From positions 15,254 through 79,253 of the forward strand of contig DAIDHF010000007.1 in assembly GCA_027452005.1 (NCBI GenBank): a stretch of 64,000 nucleotides of DNA, read 5' to 3'. How positions within the stretch are numbered: the first letter of the stretch is position 1; the number at the start of each line of letters is the position of its first letter. A model generated the notes under the pieces. That model did not search any database. It saw only the letters and a program-made list of their open reading frames with translations, and was not told where the DNA came from. The position numbers and the translations under genes are program-made. This document shows positions 45,550-55,346 of the stretch, in pieces. The stretch is from Acidimicrobiales bacterium (lineage in GTDB: Bacteria; Actinomycetota; Acidimicrobiia; Acidimicrobiales; JAKAVM01).

Positions 45550-46788
45550 ATGACAAGTTCCTGGGTACTATTGGCGGTGTCGGTTGTGGGGCTCCTGTTT
45601 GCCCTAAATGCCCTAGTTCCACTCAAGGTTGGACCGTTTTCAGTTGTATCGTTTTTTGCTGGCTGGCTTACCTCAGAGATGCCTCTTTTGCACGTACTCT
45701 GGCAGGCTATTGGCCTGGTGGTCTTCTTTGTCTTGGGTGCTATGAACCACTGGCCCGGGCTGGTTGGCCTGGCTATCGTGGCCCTTGAGTGGGCCATTTT
45801 GGTCATCTTGGAGATCTCTTCACAGCGCTCTTGGGCATATATCTCAAAAGGACTCGGTCCCCTTGCAGAAGGTTTGTCGCCCCCAAAAATCAGATTTAGC
45901 CAATCGCATATCCCGGTCCCCAAGAAAGGCAAAGACCTCGAAAAGCTCGCCAACCTGGACTACTGGGGAGATGCAATCCACAAACACAAGCTCGACATAT
46001 ACCGCCAGAAAATAAACCCACAAAGCAGTGCTCTCAAGCCAGTACTATTTTACATACACGGAGGGGCATGGATTTTGGGTGATAAACGCGAACAGGGCCT
46101 ACCAATGATGTATCACATGGCCAAAAATGGTTGGGTGGCCGTCACGGTCAACTATCGACTAAGCCCCAGGTCATCTTGGCCTGATCATATTGTAGACTGT
46201 AAAAGAGCCCTTGTCTGGGTCAAAGAGAATATCGCCAACTATGGCGGAGACCCTTCCACGATCGTTGTTTCAGGGGGCTCAGCCGGGGGGCATCTAGCGG
46301 CCTTGGTTGGGCTAAGTGAAAATGATCCCACCTTTCAACCTGGTTTTGAAACTGCAAATACTCAGGTGCAAGGATGTGTTCCAATCTACGGTGTTTACGA
46401 TTTTACCAACCAAGACAAGGTATTTGCCCCCGGTTTTGTAAGGTTTATCGAAAAGTCGGTCTTCAAGAAGAAGCTGGATAATGAACCCGAAGTGTTCCAA
46501 CAGGCCTCACCGTATTTTCGAATTCACAAAAACGCCCCACCTTTTTTGGTAGTGGCAGGGCGAAACGATACCCTGGTTCCAATCCGCGAGGCTCGAAGAT
46601 TTCAGGCCAAACTCAAAGACACATCTGAGTCAGATGTGTACTATTATGAACTCCCTCTAGCTCAACATGCTTTTGAGATCTTTCCATCAGTTAGGTGTGT
46701 TCAGTCTGTACTTGGTATTGAGTTGTTCTTGAACTACGTCGCGCAAAAAGACACTCAGGTTTCAAAACCAGAAACTGCTGAGAGATGA
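45550..46788 (+). CDS. Membrane-anchored alpha/beta hydrolase (Abhydrolase_3 / HSL-type esterase)
   Basis: ~95-aa N-terminal region with 3 hydrophobic helices, followed by the oxyanion motif FYIHGGAWILGDK and the nucleophile elbow GGSAGGHLA. Confidence 0.75.
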   Translation: MTSSWVLLAVSVVGLLFALNALVPLKVGPFSVVSFFAGWLTSEMPLLHVLWQAIGLVVFFVLGAMNHWPGLVGLAIVALEWAILVILEISSQRSWAYISKGLGPLAEGLSPPKIRFSQSHIPVPKKGKDLEKLANLDYWGDAIHKHKLDIYRQKINPQSSALKPVLFYIHGGAWILGDKREQGLPMMYHMAKNGWVAVTVNYRLSPRSSWPDHIVDCKRALVWVKENIANYGGDPSTIVVSGGSAGGHLAALVGLSENDPTFQPGFETANTQVQGCVPIYGVYDFTNQDKVFAPGFVRFIEKSVFKKKLDNEPEVFQQASPYFRIHKNAPPFLVVAGRNDTLVPIREARRFQAKLKDTSESDVYYYELPLAQHAFEIFPSVRCVQSVLGIELFLNYVAQKDTQVSKPETAER

Positions 46789-47657
46789 ATTCTAATTACC
46801 CCAGCGATGAGAAAGAATCGCAAGACGATCCTATTCTAGTCCACCTAGACCATGGCGTACTTAGTGTAACGCTCAACAGACCAGAGCTGGGAAATTCACT
46901 ATCTCCAAGTCTACGAGATCACCTTGCCGCAATCTTCCAAGAGGCCTCGGGTGACCTTCGGGTGAGGTCTATCCTGCTTGGAGCTAACGGCAAAGCTTTC
47001 TGTACCGGGGCAGATCTGCGGTCCAAGCAACAGATTCCACTATCGGTACTTCCCCAAGGAGAACCGTCCGGCTTTGACCTGCCTGATAGGCCTGCTGGTT
47101 CTATTGCCCGGATGCTTCGAGACGGCTGGCAGAATCTAATTCTGTCGGTGTTCAACTGTGAAAAGCCGGTCGTGTGTGCACTTTCGGGTACAGCCGCCGG
47201 TGGAGGTGCAAATTTGGCCTTAGCCTGTGATCTTATTGTTATGAGCGATCAGGCGAGACTAATAGAGATTTTCATCAAAAGAGCTATAGTTCCAGACGCT
47301 GGCGGATGTTATCTTTTACCTCGTCTTGTTGGCCTGTCAAGGGCTAAAGAGATCATGTATTTCGGTGACGACATTTCCTCGTCGCGGGCCTTGGAATTCG
47401 GTCTAGTCAACAAAGTGGTCGATCATGATAAGACCACACAACACGCCTTTGATTGGGCCCTGAGACTTGCCCAGGGGCCAACTAGAACCCTGTCACTCAC
47501 CAAGCATCTCCTAAATAGATCTCTAGATGGCGACATCTACAGGGCACTAGAAGATGAGGCCTCCGCCCAAGAAGCGGCAATGCTCACTACGAGCGACGCC
47601 AACGAGGGTGTGGCGGCCTTCGTGGAACGTCGAGATCCTACTTATAAGGGCTTCTAA
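46785..47657 (+). CDS. Enoyl-CoA hydratase/isomerase family protein
   Basis: Motifs VTLNRPELGNSL, GKAFCTGADL and ALSGTAAGGGANLALACD. The start overlaps the upstream stop by 4 nt. Confidence 0.85.
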   Translation: MNSNYPSDEKESQDDPILVHLDHGVLSVTLNRPELGNSLSPSLRDHLAAIFQEASGDLRVRSILLGANGKAFCTGADLRSKQQIPLSVLPQGEPSGFDLPDRPAGSIARMLRDGWQNLILSVFNCEKPVVCALSGTAAGGGANLALACDLIVMSDQARLIEIFIKRAIVPDAGGCYLLPRLVGLSRAKEIMYFGDDISSSRALEFGLVNKVVDHDKTTQHAFDWALRLAQGPTRTLSLTKHLLNRSLDGDIYRALEDEASAQEAAMLTTSDANEGVAAFVERRDPTYKGF

Positions 47658-47690
47658 GAGGTATTTTTAGCCTGTTTTCTGCTAGGTGCT

Positions 47691-48404
47691 TTAGGAGATA
47701 CGTCCCTTTTGAATAAAGTTCCTCAGTGACTCTCTAGCCCGGTCAAAAATTGGCGGTCCATGTGTAAAGGCGGCCACGTCGTAGTCACACTCACCCAGCC
47801 TTGTCGCGGTGTCCTTGCACATGTCTGGATCGTAACAAAATGCACTGAAAGCATAACTTAGCTTGTCGCGAAAGTTCATGATTGCGTCACCGGTAATGAG
47901 TACACCTGACTTCTCGAGCAAGAAGGAGCAATGCCCCGGGGAGTGACCGGGGGTATGTAGAACCTGCAAGCCTCCGCCAATATCAAGGCGGTCCCCGTCG
48001 GCCAGTTCGACATCAATCTGACAGGAAGGAATTCGAGATCCGGCTAAGGCCAACACCTTTCCCAGGGGCCCCGGGACAGATATGGGAGGATTTTTCCCGC
48101 TCTGGGCATAGGTCCTATCGTGCGCGTGAATATGGGTCTTGGCACCGGTGGCACTGCGCACTCTAGATGCCCCGCCAAGGTGGTCAAAGTGGGCATGAGT
48201 AATAAGGATCTCCCTCACACTACCGGGAGATTTGTCGATTGAACTCATCGCCGACAAGAGTCGCTTCGACGTGGACTTGAGACCACAGTCAACTAGGGAC
48301 ACGGTGCTGTCATCGTTCTCAATAATGTAGGAATTAATTAAATCTCTTCCAAGAGTTGGGACACGCCAGAGGCCTTTGGCAATCTCCACGGGTAGGATGG
48401 GCAT
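47691..48404 (-). CDS. MBL-fold metallo-hydrolase
   Basis: Metal-binding motif ITHAHFDHLGG, plus later HTPGHSPGH and FTHG. Confidence 0.8.
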   Translation of the reverse strand: MPILPVEIAKGLWRVPTLGRDLINSYIIENDDSTVSLVDCGLKSTSKRLLSAMSSIDKSPGSVREILITHAHFDHLGGASRVRSATGAKTHIHAHDRTYAQSGKNPPISVPGPLGKVLALAGSRIPSCQIDVELADGDRLDIGGGLQVLHTPGHSPGHCSFLLEKSGVLITGDAIMNFRDKLSYAFSAFCYDPDMCKDTATRLGECDYDVAAFTHGPPIFDRARESLRNFIQKGRIS

Positions 48405-48418
48405 GTAAATTCTCCTAG

Positions 48419-48931
48419 CTATAGGTCTGGGTGGTCATTACTGGAACCCTCCGCAATTTCTAGGGGTTGTCGGACTTCTACCACCATTCCCGCAAAATCT
48501 GCACTTGCAATTAGCCGGCCATCTCGATCGGTTACTCCACAGTCAACCACAATCATCTGACGACCAGCCCGCACGACGTTGGCTTGAGCTTCAATTCGAT
48601 CGCCGTGAGGACGACCTAGGTATCTGATGTGAAGATCGGCCGTGACCAGGTGATTTAGCCCCGGGATAAATCTTCCGGCAGTAGCGGCGGCCGAGCCACA
48701 TGCCACGTCAATGAGTGTAGCAATTGCCCCACCGTGTAGGTTGCCGGTGGAGTTGAATGCCTCAATGGCCACCGGCATGGAAGCCCTAGCCATTCCCTTG
48801 TCAATTGTGTCGAGCCTGATTGAGAGAAGGCTGTGGATAGGCGTGGTCGCAAATGCCTGCCTCATTCCTTCAAGCATTACTTGACGAACTTGGGGGTCTG
48901 ATGGATCGAGAGCAATGGGTTGATCGTTCAT
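48419..48931 (-). CDS. PaaI-family (hotdog) thioesterase
   Basis: 170 aa with the GNLHGGAIATLIDVACG motif. Confidence 0.75.
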   Translation of the reverse strand: MNDQPIALDPSDPQVRQVMLEGMRQAFATTPIHSLLSIRLDTIDKGMARASMPVAIEAFNSTGNLHGGAIATLIDVACGSAAATAGRFIPGLNHLVTADLHIRYLGRPHGDRIEAQANVVRAGRQMIVVDCGVTDRDGRLIASADFAGMVVEVRQPLEIAEGSSNDHPDL

Positions 48932-49017
48932 AGTTCCACCGAGGTGAATCGCCCCGCTACTAAAGTCGATTGGGCCTGCTTTCGGTTCGATAACTCGTTC
49001 AAAGATGGCTAACTTTC

Positions 49018-49446
49018 TCAGTTATAAATCTGCGCGGTGGCTTGCCCGCTGACTTTTACCTCACCGACATCGTTCAACATCTCGCAGTCCAGGTCTACTA
49101 GATTGTCCCCTCCCTCGGTTCGCTTGCCCGTAACCACGATCTTTGTCACAAAGGTCTCGCCTGGCCAGGTTTGCTTGACAAATCTGATCCTGTAGGATTT
49201 GAGGTTTCCAACTCCAACCCAGGAAGTAATTGCTGTAGCCAAAAACCCGGCAGAGAACATTCCATGGCCAAATACCGAAGGGAGTCCAGCCTTATTGGCC
49301 ATTATCTCGTCGTGGTGCATTGGGTTGTAGTCACCTGACGCCCCAGCATATCTGACTAGATCTGTACGATTGAGTTCGTGGCGCATTTCGGGAGCCAAAT
49401 CACCAATCTCTATTTCACTAAAATTAATTTTCGACTTCTCTGTCAT
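49018..49446 (-). CDS. MaoC-like (R)-specific enoyl-CoA hydratase/dehydratase
   Basis: Motifs YAGASGDYNPMHHD and HGMFSAGF. I place the start at ATG 49446 (MTEKSKINF), because the ORF-track start at 49596 overlaps the upstream gene by 73 nt. Confidence 0.75.
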   Translation of the reverse strand: MTEKSKINFSEIEIGDLAPEMRHELNRTDLVRYAGASGDYNPMHHDEIMANKAGLPSVFGHGMFSAGFLATAITSWVGVGNLKSYRIRFVKQTWPGETFVTKIVVTGKRTEGGDNLVDLDCEMLNDVGEVKVSGQATAQIYN

Positions 49447-49523
49447 GTGTCCTTGATAGCAACGCAGGCCAATCCGGTCAAACTGGAGAGATGATTCTAA
49501 ATAAAAAACTTCTAAGAGATGAT

Positions 49524-51374
49524 CTAGGCGTCTGAAAGTGCCTGGTCGCCGCTCTCGACAACCGCTGGCACAGAAATCTGGGTACTTTCTTCCCACTCCC
49601 CGTCTAAAAATCTCTTAGCATAGCCTTTTCTATCAATCTTCCCGGCATCATCTCGCTCGAGATGGTCAACTCGAAGTACCAATGAAGGAAGTCGATGGGC
49701 TGGGAGGTACTTGCGGCAGTGTTCAGAGATCTCCCGGTCACAGTCCTTGGACTTAGTTACAACCAACGCAACCAGCCGCATATCATTGGCATTATCAGAA
49801 ACCGAAAACACCACACAATCCAAGATCTCACGGTGGCCGTGGATTACGTTTTCTACCTCCCAGGGATACACGGTCGTATTTCCGACCCGAATCCGGTCCG
49901 ATGCTTTATCGGTTATGTACAGATAGCCCCCGTCATCCACATGACCGATATAACGACCTCCAAAAACAGGGTCCGACTTTTGCCGTGATGAAGTCTTAGA
50001 CATGGTCACGCCGTGCGACTTTTCACGAAGTCTCCACATCACTCTGCCAGAAACCCCCGGCGGGCAAGGCTTATCATCTTCGGAGAGAATGTCAATCGAT
50101 ATTCCATTTACGGGACGTCCGACGCTCCCTGGATGTTCAATCCACTCTGATGAAGAGATCCGGCTCACCAGTCGATCAGAGTCTCCGAAGATACCCCAAA
50201 GAGTTACAGGGGCAAGTCGCTCAATCACTCTAAGTTTGAGTGCTGCCGAGCACTGGGTCCCACCGTGGACTACCGTCCTCAAAGAAGACAGGTCAGCTTG
50301 ATTCCAGGTGACACTGTCAAGGTCAACCAAATCTGACAATTGGCCGGGGGTAAGAAAAGACCTGGTTACACCGAATCTTTCGACCAATTCCAACCAGGAC
50401 TTGGCACTCCAGGTATCCATAACTACCACCGTTCCACCACAGTAAAGGGTGAGCTGAGCCCATCCACCGGCACCGGGGTGATGTGCTCCGCTTGAAAGTA
50501 GGTAGATGTCTTTTTCGTTTAGCATCCACAACCGGACCTGCTCTTGCTGGGCCGTGGCAATGGCTTCTTGGTCAACCCAACTCTCTTTCAGGACGCCACC
50601 TGCACCATATGCCTCTGGGTTGTATATACTCAATCGAGCTCCGGCATAGGCAGGCATGAAGCCGATACCTGGACCTGCTGACCGAATTGAACTTTCATAC
50701 TCTTCGCACGACCCAGGACGAGCCAGAGATCCAATGGCACGATCTGGCCCTACTACTAGTAGGCACTTAATCGAAGACAGTTCTGGCTTATGATCCAAGA
50801 GTTGGTTCCAACTGACCTCATCACTGACGACCAAGCAAGGCTTAATATCACTAATTGCTCGTGCAAAGTCCTCCGGCTTGAGATTTGGATTCAGTGGTAC
50901 AACTGAAGATCCCAACTTGGCTACCGCTACAGTTGTTTCTAGCTGCTCGAAGGACCGAGGCAACTTCATGACAATCCGGTCAGTTGCCTTTACGCCAATT
51001 CGCTGGAGTGAGTGCGCTAGCTTTGATGCTCGACTCTCTAGCTCTCCATAGGTTAGCGACCGACTACGGTCAACTAGCGCAACTGCCTCTGGAGATGAGC
51101 TTGCTCTCGCTGAGACACCAAACAATGGTTTCGTACTCGGTGCGTTTGTGCTGCCAATCTGGCCCGTCGCCACGTTAGACTCTGCCCCCACAGATCTCTT
51201 TGTTTGCCTACCAAACACTTTGACCACCTGTTCCCCTCGAAGGATCTTCCCCAGAGAATCCATTATAAGGTATTTGCGAGTTGGACGATCTGAACTTCCA
51301 TTTAGCGCTTCTCGTCCGTTACTACTTCCAGTACTACTCTCGACAGTATATCCCCACGTAAAGTGGGTTAGCAA
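49524..51374 (-). CDS. Acyl-CoA synthetase-like adenylate-forming enzyme with divergent core motifs
   Basis: Family pattern SLTYGELESRASKLAHSL, GYLYITDKASDRIRVGNTTVYPWEVE and AGKIDRK. The P-loop position reads YNPEAYGAGGVLK instead of TSGTTGxPK. The start is uncertain: TTG 51374 is the longest option and ATG 51263 is plausible. Confidence 0.7.
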   Translation of the reverse strand: MLTHFTWGYTVESSTGSSNGREALNGSSDRPTRKYLIMDSLGKILRGEQVVKVFGRQTKRSVGAESNVATGQIGSTNAPSTKPLFGVSARASSSPEAVALVDRSRSLTYGELESRASKLAHSLQRIGVKATDRIVMKLPRSFEQLETTVAVAKLGSSVVPLNPNLKPEDFARAISDIKPCLVVSDEVSWNQLLDHKPELSSIKCLLVVGPDRAIGSLARPGSCEEYESSIRSAGPGIGFMPAYAGARLSIYNPEAYGAGGVLKESWVDQEAIATAQQEQVRLWMLNEKDIYLLSSGAHHPGAGGWAQLTLYCGGTVVVMDTWSAKSWLELVERFGVTRSFLTPGQLSDLVDLDSVTWNQADLSSLRTVVHGGTQCSAALKLRVIERLAPVTLWGIFGDSDRLVSRISSSEWIEHPGSVGRPVNGISIDILSEDDKPCPPGVSGRVMWRLREKSHGVTMSKTSSRQKSDPVFGGRYIGHVDDGGYLYITDKASDRIRVGNTTVYPWEVENVIHGHREILDCVVFSVSDNANDMRLVALVVTKSKDCDREISEHCRKYLPAHRLPSLVLRVDHLERDDAGKIDRKGYAKRFLDGEWEESTQISVPAVVESGDQALSDA

Positions 51375-51422
51375 CCTGTTTGAGTAATAGCAAAATTATC
51401 CAATACTCACTTTTGGCAGATC

Positions 51423-52565
51423 CTAGATAATCGACTCTAGGGTTAGCTGCTTGTCCATAATCGAGTCTGAAAGTGTGTCCACGGACAGACTAAGGTGTTG
51501 AAAGGCCCGCCTAGTGGCTACTCTTCCCCGAGGCGTGCGCTGTATGAGCCCCTGACGCACCAGGTATGGCTCGTAGGCGTCCTCAATTGTCTCGGGCTCC
51601 TCTCCAATTGATATGGCCAGAGTACTAACCCCAACCGGCCGTCCAGAAAAATTTACACAGAGGGTCTCGAGGATTGTCCGGTCCAGCTTGTCTAGACCAA
51701 GATGGTCAATTCCAAATAGTTCGAGCCCTTGTTTTGCCATCTCTAGGTTGACCACATTCTCGCCGTTCATCTGAGCAAAGTCCCGAACTCTTCTAAGTAG
51801 CCGGTTAGAAATTCTCGGGGTTCCCCGAGATCGCCTAGCAATTTCGCCAGCAGCCGGTTGATCAATCTCGATTCCGTAGATCGTCGAGGCCCTGACAACA
51901 ATCTGCTCTAGCTCTTGAGGGCTGTAATAGTCGAGTCTTGCAACTATCCCAAACCTGTCTCGAAGTGGTCCGGTAATCATACCAGTTCTGGTCGTGGCCC
52001 CAACTAGGGTAAACCTTGGAAGATCAAGACGAACCGACTTTGCAGCCGGACCTTTCCCAAGGACTATGTCAATCTTGTAGTCCTCTATTGCCGGATAGAG
52101 AACTTCTTCAACGACCTTTGAAAGTCGGTGAATTTCGTCTATAAAAATAACGTCACCATTATTTAGGTCACTTAGAATCGCTGCCAAGTCTCCGGGTCTA
52201 GCCAGAGACGGTCCAGATGTAACTGTTATCTCTGATCCCATCTCATGGGCAATTATTCCGGCCAGTGAAGTCTTGCCAAGCCCGGGTGGACCGGCAAACA
52301 GAATATGATCAGAAGGTTCTTCTCGCTTTCGAGCTGCTCCCAATACAATCTTGAGGTGTTCTTTCAGCTCACCCTGGCCGATAAAATCCTCTAGAAACTT
52401 CGGCCGAAGGCCAGGCTCAAAGGATTCGTCGGTTCTCAAGCGTCTAGGGTCTAGATAGGTTGACTCTGGTCGATCCGAATTGTCAAGCGAACTAGCAAGG
52501 TCGATCGACCCGATTGAACTGTTGCTAGAAGCTGTCTCGTCTACAATCAACTCTTTGCGGGCCAC
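51423..52565 (-). CDS. ruvB: Holliday junction branch migration ATPase RuvB
   Basis: Motifs LRPKFLEDFIGQ, Walker A GPPGLGKTS and Walker B IFIDEIHRL. It has a ~40-aa N-terminal extension relative to typical RuvB if Met1 is used. Confidence 0.95.
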   Translation of the reverse strand: MARKELIVDETASSNSSIGSIDLASSLDNSDRPESTYLDPRRLRTDESFEPGLRPKFLEDFIGQGELKEHLKIVLGAARKREEPSDHILFAGPPGLGKTSLAGIIAHEMGSEITVTSGPSLARPGDLAAILSDLNNGDVIFIDEIHRLSKVVEEVLYPAIEDYKIDIVLGKGPAAKSVRLDLPRFTLVGATTRTGMITGPLRDRFGIVARLDYYSPQELEQIVVRASTIYGIEIDQPAAGEIARRSRGTPRISNRLLRRVRDFAQMNGENVVNLEMAKQGLELFGIDHLGLDKLDRTILETLCVNFSGRPVGVSTLAISIGEEPETIEDAYEPYLVRQGLIQRTPRGRVATRRAFQHLSLSVDTLSDSIMDKQLTLESII

Positions 52566-52567
52566 GG

Positions 52568-53158
52568 CTATCCAGCCCTTCGTAGATGCCTGAGGGCCTC
52601 TTTGATAATCTCGGGAACTGGAGCATCTAAAGAAATCATTCCAAGCGCCGTCTTGATCTCATCGTGAGAGAATCCCAAGCCGGCGAGGGCTTCTCTCACC
52701 TGTACTGATGAACTTGACGAGCCTTCGAGGACCGAAATGTTTGAAATGCTTTCAGGAGTTAACTTTGATTCTAGTTCAATAACGAGGCGTTCTGCGGTCT
52801 TTTTGCCCACCCCAGGTACCGCAGTGAGCTGGGCTAAGTCTCTTCCTAGTACTGCCTGGGTAAGTTCGTCTACGTTCAGTACCGAGAGGATGCTAAGAGC
52901 TAGGGAGGGTCCAATTCCATGCGTTTGAATGAGAAGCTCAAAACAGTCTCGCTCATCTGGGCGTTCAAAGCCATACAGGGATATTGCATCCTCTTTTACG
53001 TGGGTGTGAATCCACAAATCATGTTCAGTTCCCAGTGGGCTTCCCGTGAGGGCTTCGGAGGATTTCATTACAACACGGTACCCGACCCCACCGACAAGAA
53101 CAGTTGCCAGACCGTTTTGGTCTAGGTGAATGAGTTTTCCGGAAAGATACCCAATCAT
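52568..53158 (-). CDS. ruvA: Holliday junction DNA helicase subunit RuvA
   Basis: N-terminal MIGYLSGKL and HhH motif VPGVGKKTAERL. Confidence 0.9.
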   Translation of the reverse strand: MIGYLSGKLIHLDQNGLATVLVGGVGYRVVMKSSEALTGSPLGTEHDLWIHTHVKEDAISLYGFERPDERDCFELLIQTHGIGPSLALSILSVLNVDELTQAVLGRDLAQLTAVPGVGKKTAERLVIELESKLTPESISNISVLEGSSSSSVQVREALAGLGFSHDEIKTALGMISLDAPVPEIIKEALRHLRRAG

Positions 53159-53727
53159 GACCTGTCTCCAAGGTCAACTTTGTCACGGGCAGTTTCTTGA
53201 GTCGACCACGACCTGGGTGTAGGAGGTTTGGCTAAGGCACTCTTTATAGCGCCCTGGAGTTTGGCTGAACCCAGATAACAGATTGCCAGTGCCAGGGCGT
53301 CGATTGCGTCGGGTTGTTTAGGGAGCTGGTCTACCCCGAGTAACTTCCCAACCATGGTGGCAACTTCAGATTTAGACGCCGCCCCGTTGCCAGCCACTGC
53401 CAGCTTCACCTCATTTGGGGTGAACTGGTGAACTTCAATCCCGTTAGCTGCCGCGGTAGCTAGAGCCAGCCCACTGGCCTGTCCGACCGACATTGCCGTC
53501 TTGGCATTCACCTGAAAGAAAACTCGCTCGACAACCACCACACTGGGGCGGAAGTCCTCAAATAGCGCCCTGAGGTCGGCAGACATTATGGCGAGTCGGC
53601 AGGGCAGATCAATTTCTAACGAGGTGGTCAAGATACCAGCAGCCGTGGCCCGATAACCGTGGTTTGTGCGGGTAACTATCCCGTATCCCAGACGAGACAG
53701 CCCCGGGTCGATACCCATTACGAACAT
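53155..53727 (-). CDS. ruvC: Crossover junction endodeoxyribonuclease RuvC
   Basis: Motifs GIDPGLSRLGYGIV, VVVERVFF and DAIDALALAI. Confidence 0.9.
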   Translation of the reverse strand: MFVMGIDPGLSRLGYGIVTRTNHGYRATAAGILTTSLEIDLPCRLAIMSADLRALFEDFRPSVVVVERVFFQVNAKTAMSVGQASGLALATAAANGIEVHQFTPNEVKLAVAGNGAASKSEVATMVGKLLGVDQLPKQPDAIDALALAICYLGSAKLQGAIKSALAKPPTPRSWSTQETARDKVDLGDRS

Positions 53728-53825
53728 TAGTTCGTTAGTTTAGCCCCTTGGAGCGCCCCTTTGGTGGATGGCTGAAAGTTCGGGCAATCTTGCATGAACC
53801 AGCACTAGACCAGGGAAGATTGGAT

Positions 53826-54578
53826 CTAGTCCTGGAGCACCTTCTCCATTACCTCGTCAGGGGTTTCAAAGTTAGAATACACGTTTTGGACATCGTCATG
53901 GTCTTCAAGGAGATCTATAACTTTGAGAACCTTTCTGAGATCCACCTCCGAGTCAACTGGCACGGTTGAAGTGGCAATCATGGTAAGTTCAAGCCCGGAT
54001 GTGGCAATCCCTTGGGCCTCGATGGCGGCTTTAACCTGAACGGCCTGATCGGGGGAGCTAATTATGTGCCAGTCGTCGTCTACCTTTACCACGTCGTCGG
54101 CACCTGCCTCGGCCCCGGCCAGTGTAATTTCATCTTCATCAATGATTCCAGGCGAGGTTATCAGGCCGACCCTTTTGAACTGCCAAGCCACAGCCCCCGG
54201 TTCAGCTAACGATCCCCCGGCCTTTGAGAAGATGCTCTTGATCTCGGCCCCGGTGCGATTGCGGTTATCGGTCAAACAGTCCACATAAACTGCAACCCCG
54301 CTTCCAGCATATCCCTCGTAAGTTACCGACTCATATCTAACCCCTTCGAGTTCTCCAGTACCTCGTTTGATCGCCCTCTCAATTGTGTCAAGAGGAACAC
54401 TAGCGTCTCGAGCCTTTTGGAACATGGTTCTAAGGGCCGAGTTTCCATCAAGGTCTCCCCCTCCCTCACGCGCAGCCACCTCGACTTGACGGATCAGCTT
54501 AGCAAAAAGCTTTCCGCGGGTTTTGTCGATCTGAGCTTTCTTATGTTTGGTGGTTGCCCATTTTGAATGGCCCGACAT
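53826..54578 (-). CDS. yebC: YebC/PmpR family DNA-binding transcriptional regulator
   Basis: 250 aa with the hallmark N-terminus MSGHSKWATTKHKKA. Confidence 0.9.
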   Translation of the reverse strand: MSGHSKWATTKHKKAQIDKTRGKLFAKLIRQVEVAAREGGGDLDGNSALRTMFQKARDASVPLDTIERAIKRGTGELEGVRYESVTYEGYAGSGVAVYVDCLTDNRNRTGAEIKSIFSKAGGSLAEPGAVAWQFKRVGLITSPGIIDEDEITLAGAEAGADDVVKVDDDWHIISSPDQAVQVKAAIEAQGIATSGLELTMIATSTVPVDSEVDLRKVLKVIDLLEDHDDVQNVYSNFETPDEVMEKVLQD

Positions 54579-54692
54579 CTATGGGTCCTCCTTGAAAATG
54601 TTATCTTGATCTGGCATACGAGTCGCTAATCTAAGTTTCTGTGCTGAATTGATACCGACGGCCTCCTTGGAGCGTACCGAGGACGTAAGCTG

Positions 54693-55346
54693 CTAGCTCT
54701 TTGAAAACGGCAACACGGTATTGTTAGCACTTTTTACGATACTCAAAAATAGTTGATGGATCCGAAGATCGCCAGTGAGCTCAGGGTGAAACGCACAACC
54801 CAGGGCGCTACCTTGACGCAAGACTACTGGTACCCCGGTGGCCGTGGTGGCCAAGACCTGGGTGTTGGGCCCTATGCCATCTACGAACGGTGCCCTGATA
54901 AACACTCCGGGGAACAGATCGGGACCTACTGTTTCAATTTCAAGCATTTCCTCAAAAGAGTCAACCTGGCGACCAAATCCGTTTCTCTTGACCACGGCAT
55001 CAATAACCCCAAACTTCAACTGGTCGTCTCGCCCGTCTAACACCTTAGAGGCCAGCAAGATAAGCCCAGCGCAGGTTCCAAGCACGGGCATGTCGTTCCT
55101 GAGCATCTTCGATAGGGGATCTTCAAGTCCACAAGAGACAATCAATCTCGATATAGTCGTGGACTCACCACCTGGAATTATCAGTCCGTCTATATCGATT
55201 AGGTCCTTGGGATCGGTTACTTCAACCGAGTTAACACCCAATTCCCTAAGGCGCTCACCGTGTCTGGCCCAATCCCCCTGGAGTGCCAGAATCCCAATTT
55301 TAGGAGCCACCTCGTTCAACCCAGCCCTACCAACCTCTACTTGCAA
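54693..55346 (-). CDS. pdxT: Pyridoxal 5'-phosphate synthase glutaminase subunit
   Basis: Motifs GILALQGD, nucleophile context LGTCAG and FHPELT. A GTG at 55310 is an alternative start that removes the 20-nt overlap with pdxS. Confidence 0.9.
   Translation of the reverse strand: MQVEVGRAGLNEVAPKIGILALQGDWARHGERLRELGVNSVEVTDPKDLIDIDGLIIPGGESTTISRLIVSCGLEDPLSKMLRNDMPVLGTCAGLILLASKVLDGRDDQLKFGVIDAVVKRNGFGRQVDSFEEMLEIETVGPDLFPGVFIRAPFVDGIGPNTQVLATTATGVPVVLRQGSALGCAFHPELTGDLRIHQLFLSIVKSANNTVLPFSKS

Noticed and set aside
49447-49596. 50-codon extension of the MaoC ORF; similarly 40496-40594 for tgt and 5422-5466 for dprE1
   Set aside because: The extensions overlap the preceding genes and lack homology. 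Internal ATG codons sit at positions consistent with family N-termini.
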